Shown here: one piece after another, positions 58,425-64,000 of the stretch
How the letters are laid out: each line of letters starts with the position of its first letter
Numbering within the stretch: the first letter of the stretch is position 1
DNA from: Methylococcales bacterium
GTDB lineage: Bacteria; Pseudomonadota; Gammaproteobacteria; Methylococcales; UBA1147
DNA: 64,000 nucleotides
Reading direction: 5' to 3'
Assembly (NCBI GenBank): GCA_050740335.1
Contig: JBOICY010000318.1
Coordinates: forward strand, 4,037-68,036
Position numbers and translations under genes: made by a program
The notes under the pieces: generated by a model
Told to the model about the DNA's origin: nothing
What the model saw: the letters and a program-made list of their open reading frames with translations, nothing else
Database searches by the model: none

Positions 58425-58970
58425 TCAATTTGCAAAAAAATGCTTTCTGAACCAAGCGAGTTCCTCGATCGACTCCTTGATATCGTCTAGCGCCCGGTGC
58501 GTCGTTTTCTTGGTAAAACCACCGTTCAGTTCAGGCGCCCAGCGTGTGGCCAGTTCTTTAATGGTCGAGACATCGAGGTTCCGGTAGTGGAAATATCTTT
58601 CCAGTTCCGGCATGCAGCGATAAAGAAAACGCCGATCCTGACAGATACTGTTTCCACACATGGGGGAACGGTTCACCGGAACCCGATCCCGCAAAAATTC
58701 CAGGGTCTGCCGCTCGGCCTCGGCCTCCGTAATCCGGCTTTTCCGGACACGCTCGATGAGCCCCGAGATGGAATGGTGCTTGCGATTCCAATCGTCCATT
58801 CGCGCCAACACATCCTCTGACTGATAAACAGCCAAAACCGGCCCCTCGGCCAGGATCTCGAGCTGCGGACTGGTTATTACGGTTGCGATCTCGATAATAA
58901 AATCCTGCTGCGGATCCAAACCGGTCATTTCCAAATCGATCCAAATCAAATTAAGCGGATCCTTTCCCAT
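58425..58970 (-). CDS. orn: Oligoribonuclease
   Basis: ATG at 58970. [29 protein letters not shown].. is followed by ..H.A..DI.ESI.EL..YR... Confidence 0.95.
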   Translation of the reverse strand: MGKDPLNLIWIDLEMTGLDPQQDFIIEIATVITSPQLEILAEGPVLAVYQSEDVLARMDDWNRKHHSISGLIERVRKSRITEAEAERQTLEFLRDRVPVNRSPMCGNSICQDRRFLYRCMPELERYFHYRNLDVSTIKELATRWAPELNGGFTKKTTHRALDDIKESIEELAWFRKHFFAN

Positions 58971-59056
58971 CGTGATTCCATTATAATTGTACTTGCCAGC
59001 CATTGTAGCAGACGCTACCCTGTCAAGCAGAACCCAACTCGAAGGCGTTTCGAATC

Positions 59057-60316
59057 ATGAACATTTTTACTTATATTTTTCTTATCGCGCTGATCGGTTC
59101 TTACACGGTGCAATTCTGGCTTATCCGGCGCCAGGACCGGCACGTACTGAACCACAGAAATGCGGTACCCGAGGCGTTCAAAGAATCCATCGCACTGGCT
59201 GTCCATCAGAAAGCGGCCGATTATACCCTCGCGAAGAATCGCCTGAGCAGATTCAGCGGTGGCCTCGATATGATTTTGTTGCTGTTCTTCACGCTCGGTG
59301 GAGGCATCAGCATGATTGCCCACGCCTGGTCAACGACGGAGTTTTCCCCGATTATTGGTGGCGCCGGCCTGATCTTGAGTATATTGCTGATATCGCAGTT
59401 CGTCGAATTACCCTTGGCAATCTCTCATACTTTCGGGGTCGAAGAAAAATTCGGCTTCAATCGCTCGACACCCGGACAGTTTATCGTCGATCAATTGCTG
59501 CACTTGGCACTGACTCTGGCACTCGGCGGACCGCTGGTCGTTTTGATACTATGGGTTATGAAGGATGTCGGAACTCTCTGGTGGTTATTGGCCTGGCTGA
59601 TCCTGATCGCATTCTACGTGTTCCTGACCTGGGCCTACCCCACCTTGATTGCGCCGCTGTTCAACCGATTCACCGTGCTCGATAACGAGGAACTCAAAGC
59701 CCGGATCGAAGCCTTGCTCGAACGCTGCGGTTTCAGCAGCAAGGGTATATTCATCATGGACGGCTCGCGTCGGTCCGGCCACGGAAACGCTTATTTTACG
59801 GGCTTCGGAAGCAACAAACGAATCGTTTTCTTCGATACCCTGATCAATACCCTGAATCTGGACGAAGTCGAAGCGGTCCTGGCTCATGAATTGGGCCACT
59901 TCAAGCGCAAGCATGTCATCAAAATGCTGATTTCGGGTACCGCGCTGAGTTTGATCGGTTTGGCCATACTCGGTTGGATCTCCCGGCAAGACTGGTTTTA
60001 TAGCGGTCTCGGGGTCAATATGCAGTCCAACGCGGCCGCTCTGATTCTGTTCGTGCTGGTATCTCCGGTATTTACAGTATTTCTTCGCCCCGTGTTCGCC
60101 TATTTTCAACGCAGACACGAGTTCGAAGCGGACGATTTTGCGTCGATGTTTGCGCAGCCCGCTTCATTAATCAGTGCCTTGATCAAGTTATACCGGGATA
60201 ATGCAGCGACATTGACGCCGGACCCGCTGTACATGGCATTCCATTACAGCCATCCGCCCGCGGCAATCCGGATTGCGAATCTTGCCGGGAAAGACATCGC
60301 GCCCGAATCGACCTGA
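59057..60316 (+). CDS. M48-family (Ste24/HtpX-like) membrane zinc metalloprotease
   Basis: 419 aa with multiple TM helices, the zinc motif HELGHFKRKH, and a downstream E in ..HEFEADDFA... Confidence 0.85.
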   Translation: MNIFTYIFLIALIGSYTVQFWLIRRQDRHVLNHRNAVPEAFKESIALAVHQKAADYTLAKNRLSRFSGGLDMILLLFFTLGGGISMIAHAWSTTEFSPIIGGAGLILSILLISQFVELPLAISHTFGVEEKFGFNRSTPGQFIVDQLLHLALTLALGGPLVVLILWVMKDVGTLWWLLAWLILIAFYVFLTWAYPTLIAPLFNRFTVLDNEELKARIEALLERCGFSSKGIFIMDGSRRSGHGNAYFTGFGSNKRIVFFDTLINTLNLDEVEAVLAHELGHFKRKHVIKMLISGTALSLIGLAILGWISRQDWFYSGLGVNMQSNAAALILFVLVSPVFTVFLRPVFAYFQRRHEFEADDFASMFAQPASLISALIKLYRDNAATLTPDPLYMAFHYSHPPAAIRIANLAGKDIAPEST

Positions 60317-60380
60317 AACACGATTACTCGGCGCCGCGGCCAAGCCCTGAAGTGATCGGGATTTATGGTCATGGCCCGGA

Positions 60381-61301
60381 TTGGACACGACGCATTTGAC
60401 TCGTACTGAAGCGAAGCGTACGGCCGTCCGGGAAGGCCTGGTAATCACCCATCTCGGCAGGAGTCTCGCGGTGGAAAGCGGGTCCGGCGAAACCATTCTC
60501 TGCCATACCCGCCGCAACCTCGGAACCGCGACCGTAGGCGACCGGGTATTGTGGGAACCGACACACGGCCGGCTCGGTTGCGTGGTCGAAATACTCGAAC
60601 GCAGATCGTTATTGACCAGACCCGCCCGCGAGCAGAAAACCCGCCCGGTCGCCGCCAACCTGGACCAGATTCTGATTGTGTTTGCAACGGTACCCGGTTG
60701 CGACCTTCTGTTGATCGATCAATATCTGGTGGTCTCGGAAAACCGTAATATACGACCGCTGTTGATCTGCAACAAATACGACTTGGCGCAAACGTCAAAA
60801 CATCTGGATCAGGCGCTGACCCTGTACGAAGGGATTGGCTACGCCACGATACGAGTCAGTGCGAAAACCGGATTCGGCCTCGAGCAACTGAATCATCAAT
60901 TAAGAGGCCATTCCAGTATGCTCGCGGGACAATCCGGAGTCGGGAAATCGTCTCTGACCAATGCCTTGATACCGGACAAGAACTTGCGTACCAGTGAACT
61001 GTCGCAAGGCACGCTGCACGGAAAACACACCACAACCACGACCACCCTGTTCCATCTCCCGGACGGCGGCGATTTGATCGACAGCCCCGGAGTCGCTGTT
61101 TTCGGCCTGGCGGAAACCACTGCAAACGATCTCGCGTTCGGTTACCGGGAATTCCGGCAGTTTCTGGGTCAATGCCGCTTCAATGACTGCAGTCACGGCA
61201 GCGACCCGGGCTGCGCAATCAGGCTTGCGGTCGAGAAAGGCACGATCCGCGTGGAACGTTATGAACGTTTTCAAAAATTGCGGGAAAAGCTTCACCCCTA
61301 A
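60381..61301 (+). CDS. rsgA: Ribosome small-subunit-dependent GTPase A
   Basis: 306 aa with a TTG start. It has an OB-like N-terminus and a circularly permuted GTPase (..ICNKYDL.. before ..GQSGVGKSSLTNAL..). The C-terminal zinc motif is C..C.H...PGC. Confidence 0.92.
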   Translation: MDTTHLTRTEAKRTAVREGLVITHLGRSLAVESGSGETILCHTRRNLGTATVGDRVLWEPTHGRLGCVVEILERRSLLTRPAREQKTRPVAANLDQILIVFATVPGCDLLLIDQYLVVSENRNIRPLLICNKYDLAQTSKHLDQALTLYEGIGYATIRVSAKTGFGLEQLNHQLRGHSSMLAGQSGVGKSSLTNALIPDKNLRTSELSQGTLHGKHTTTTTTLFHLPDGGDLIDSPGVAVFGLAETTANDLAFGYREFRQFLGQCRFNDCSHGSDPGCAIRLAVEKGTIRVERYERFQKLREKLHP

Positions 61302-61457
61302 GCGAAGTGCTGCGGATTTCTCACGGTATTCACGGCTTCTCTCTCGGAAAACCGCGCATGGATTTTACCCGAACGGCACGCTCTGACAGCCATCGCGGTA
61401 GCGAAATCTAATATCAGATAGGCTCAAAATGGCCGAACTTACCCGTTCCACTCAAGA

Positions 61458-61793
61458 CTAACCCGGCGGCCAGGTCAACCGCCTCCCGCCCAGAATATGC
61501 AGATGCAGATGATAGACTTCCTGCCCGCCTTCGGACTTGCAATTGATCGCGACACGGTATCCCTTGGATAATCCGAGTTGTCCGGCAACCCGCCGGGCGC
61601 TCAAAAGCAATTCACCCGCGAGATTTTGATCGTCCAGCTCGTCGAGCGTTTCAATATGCCTTTTGGGGATAATCAGAATGTGTACGGGCGCTTTCGGGTG
61701 AATATCCTTGAAGGCCAGGACCTCGTCGTTTTCCAAAACGAGCTACGGACTGATCTCCCGGTTCACTATTTTGCAAAATATAGAATCGGTCAC
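61458..61793 (-). pseudogene. HIT-family (HinT-like) gene interrupted by an in-frame TAG at codon 17
   Basis: GTG at 61793, with the SD GGGAGG (61806-61801) upstream. [16 protein letters not shown] is followed by TAG (61745-61743), and the same frame continues [30 protein letters not shown]...GGQEVYHLHLHILGG... The ORF track shows only the 92-aa TTG-initiated distal part (61458-61736). Confidence 0.8.
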
Positions 61794-61866
61794 CCTAAAA
61801 CCTCCCGAATGGAATCCTCGTCACAATCCCGGCCGGCGTGCCTGCCGGCGATCGCGACCCTCTCGG

Positions 61867-62463
61867 CTAAATCTCCTTCCGGCCGCTGAATGCATGCAGT
61901 AAGGTACCGCTGTCCACATATTCCAGTTCACCACCCAGGGGCACTCCGTGTGCGATCCGGGTTACCCGTAGCCCGTAAGACCGGGCCATTTCACTGATGT
62001 ACAAAGCCGTCGCTTCGCCTTCGACAGTCGTATTGGTCGCCAGAATCAGTTCATTCAGCCTTTCCGATTCGAGCCGCTTCTCCAATTGCGGCATGCCCAA
62101 TTCTTCGGGACCGATGCCATCCAGCGGCGAGAGATGCCCGTGTAATACAAAAAAGACACCGCGGAACACGGTCGCCTGATCGACAGCCATCACATCCGCC
62201 GGATTCTCCACGACGCAGAGCACCGAAAAATCCCGGGAAGGATCCCCGCAAATCGCACACAGTTTCTCTTCGGTCAATGTCCGGCAGCGCTCGCAATGGC
62301 CGACCCGCTGGATTGCATCCAACAGGGTTTCGGCGAGTATTCTTGCTCCCTGGCGGTCCCGTTGCAACAGATGCAGGGCCATGCGCTGGGCCGATTTCGG
62401 CCCGACTCCGGGAAGACAGCGAAGCCTCTGCATGAGCAAAGTTAACAGACCGGACCCCGCCAC
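61867..62463 (-). CDS. recR: Recombination protein RecR
   Basis: 198 aa with an HhH motif (..[13 protein letters not shown]..), a C4 zinc finger (CERC..C.IC) and a Toprim domain. Confidence 0.97.
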   Translation of the reverse strand: MAGSGLLTLLMQRLRCLPGVGPKSAQRMALHLLQRDRQGARILAETLLDAIQRVGHCERCRTLTEEKLCAICGDPSRDFSVLCVVENPADVMAVDQATVFRGVFFVLHGHLSPLDGIGPEELGMPQLEKRLESERLNELILATNTTVEGEATALYISEMARSYGLRVTRIAHGVPLGGELEYVDSGTLLHAFSGRKEI

Positions 62464-62468
62464 CGGCG

Positions 62469-62795
62469 TCAGAAAGGCATTTTGAAGCCGCCCGGAAGCT
62501 GCAACCCGGCGGTCAGACTGGCCATCTTTTCCTGCTTCAACTTGTCGACCCTTCGAACCCCGTCATTGAACGCGGCGGCGACCAGGTCCTCGAGCATATC
62601 CCGGTCCTCTTTCACGAGACTCTCATCGATCTCGACCTTACGCACTTCGCGCTTCCCGGTCATCACAATCTTGACCAGACCGCCGCCCGATTCTCCATGC
62701 ACTTCCATTTCGGCAAGCTCCTGCTGCGCTTTCTGAAAGTCTTCCTGCATTTTCTGAGCCTGCTGCATCATGGCTCCAAGAGGGTTTTTCATCAT
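62469..62795 (-). CDS. ybaB: YbaB/EbfC nucleoid-associated protein
   Basis: 108 aa with ..[32 protein letters not shown]......V.ID.SL...[12 protein letters not shown]... It lies between dnaX and recR as usual. Confidence 0.95.
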   Translation of the reverse strand: MMKNPLGAMMQQAQKMQEDFQKAQQELAEMEVHGESGGGLVKIVMTGKREVRKVEIDESLVKEDRDMLEDLVAAAFNDGVRRVDKLKQEKMASLTAGLQLPGGFKMPF

Positions 62796-62816
62796 GTTTC
62801 TCCAAATTAAAATATT

Positions 62817-64000
62817 TCAGGAAACCCCGCGCGGTTCCGTGGTACCCGGTAATATCCTGGCGTCGAAGGTTTCCTGCAAGGCCCGTACGTTCACATCGTT
62901 CGCGATCGAGGTTTCCGCGGCAATCTGCCTTGCCTTGCGTTCCGCCGCGATCTCGACCGCGGGAGTCACCATACCCGACTCACCGATTTTGATGTTCAGT
63001 TGCAAAGGCCGTTTATAATAATTCTGAAGCGCGTTCTCGAGCCTTTGCAGAATCCGTTCGCTGTTCAATCCCTGATGGCCCGGGTCCAGCAACAGGGTGA
63101 TCCGGGTATCGCCAGCGCTGTCCAGTACACAGTTACAAGCCAGTTCTTTCGCCAGGCCGTTCACGCTCATGGCCTGTATAATCTGCCGCCACTTCGAGTT
63201 ATCGTGATCCGCGCAAATGGAATCCGGCGCTATCGGACTCTCCGCACCAGAACTGTAATCCTGTCCCGGATTGTCCGCGGCGCCGCGCGCTTTAAATGCT
63301 CCGGCGTCTTGATCGGCCGATTCATGCCCTGTATAAAAACCCGCTGGCTTGAATGCGAGCATGCGCAACAACACCATTTCAAAACCGCTGCGTGAATCCG
63401 GGGCCAGGTCGAGATCCCGCTGCCCGATGAGCCCGATTTGATAGTACAGATGAACATCGGCCGGTGGGATTCTTTGAGCAAGATCCCGAAGGCTCTCGCT
63501 GAATTCATCCGAAAGCAGCCGGTTCGGAATCACCTGAACCAGTGCCAATCGATGCAACTGCCCGAGCAATTGCCGCAAGACTTCCGAAAAATCCCGAGTC
63601 AGATCGGCCAGATCGTCAACACAATCGAGCAGACCCGCGGCATCGCCACCGGCAAGCCGCAGCAGAATTTCAGCAACCGGCGATTCGGAGGAGGTTCCGA
63701 GCATCGCATCGACCAATTGCGATTCCACGCGACCCGCCCCCTGCGCAATGGCCTGATCCAGGAGACTCAATGCGTCACGCAGGCTGCCGTCCGCCGAACG
63801 CGCCAGCGCATGAAGCGCTTGGTTCTCGTATTCGATTTTTTCCGTCGAAAGAATTCTTGCCATTTGAGCCCTGATCTGTTCCGGCGGCAAACGCTTCAGG
63901 TTCAACTGTAAACATCTGGATAAAACGGTCACGGGAATCTTTTTCGGATCGGTCGTCGCGAGCAGAAATTTCACATGCGGCGGTGGCTCTTCGAGCGTCT
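62817..64000 (-). CDS. dnaX: DNA polymerase III subunit gamma/tau, C-terminal ~395 codons (5' part beyond window)
   Basis: The frame is open to the window edge. The upstream end reads ..TLEEPPPHVKFLLATTDPKKIPVTVLSRCLQLNLK.., so the M of ORF 62817-63974 is an internal GTG/Val. Confidence 0.95.
   Translation of the reverse strand, partial: TLEEPPPHVKFLLATTDPKKIPVTVLSRCLQLNLKRLPPEQIRAQMARILSTEKIEYENQALHALARSADGSLRDALSLLDQAIAQGAGRVESQLVDAMLGTSSESPVAEILLRLAGGDAAGLLDCVDDLADLTRDFSEVLRQLLGQLHRLALVQVIPNRLLSDEFSESLRDLAQRIPPADVHLYYQIGLIGQRDLDLAPDSRSGFEMVLLRMLAFKPAGFYTGHESADQDAGAFKARGAADNPGQDYSSGAESPIAPDSICADHDNSKWRQIIQAMSVNGLAKELACNCVLDSAGDTRITLLLDPGHQGLNSERILQRLENALQNYYKRPLQLNIKIGESGMVTPAVEIAAERKARQIAAETSIANDVNVRALQETFDARILPGTTEPRGVS

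Noticed and set aside
62817-64000. Looked for the dnaX -1 programmed frameshift site (A AAA AAG plus downstream hairpin) that yields the gamma subunit
   Set aside because: No A-AAA-AAG heptamer is present in the part of dnaX inside the window; only GAAAAAATC and CCGAAAAAG occur, in unsuitable contexts. Many bacteria lack this site, so no claim is made.

Overview
This is a 64-kb chromosomal window with moderately high GC. The gene content and synteny look gammaproteobacterial (hrcA-grpE-dnaK-dnaJ-dapB, nadK-recN, mfd, nagZ-hpt, prfB with its +1 frameshift, recR-ybaB-dnaX), but that is inference because no search was possible. About 55 protein-coding genes can be supported. The housekeeping blocks are interrupted by five accessory islets. 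(i) 1-9.6 kb holds a CzcCBA-like heavy-metal RND efflux operon, whose RND gene runs off the left edge and is absent from the ORF track. It also holds an ISAzo13-type transposase remnant, a lipoprotein, two adjacent genes for secreted Gly/His/aromatic-repeat proteins, a 163-bp MITE with an 8-bp target-site duplication, and a CpxP/Spy-like gene. (ii) 13.1-18.7 kb holds a DUF2007 gene plus a 999-aa alpha/beta-hydrolase::NACHT (STAND NTPase) fusion, sitting between the truncated halves of a divergent LysR/VOC gene pair. A TA-flanked inverted-repeat element, a Uma2 endonuclease and a REP cluster follow it. This is my top candidate for a novel NLR-like immune or cell-death system. (iii) 36.9-41.4 kb holds a two-gene cassette encoding an atypical patatin-like phospholipase and a metallophosphoesterase fused to a multi-pass membrane domain, wedged between prfB and cysG. 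This is my second candidate for an undescribed system. (iv) An AT-rich islet carries an H-NS-like gene and a 155-bp MITE. (v) A Csu-type (spore-coat-U) chaperone-usher pilus operon lies next to a PAS-GGDEF-EAL protein and has a G9 tract inside the usher gene. Other observations are CIRCE plus a sigma70-like promoter at hrcA, a sigma32-like promoter at dnaK, a HIT-family gene with an in-frame TAG, and a YcbK/DUF882 remnant. I recognised no rRNA, tRNA or CRISPR array. All functional calls come from motif recognition by eye, and start codons are approximate.
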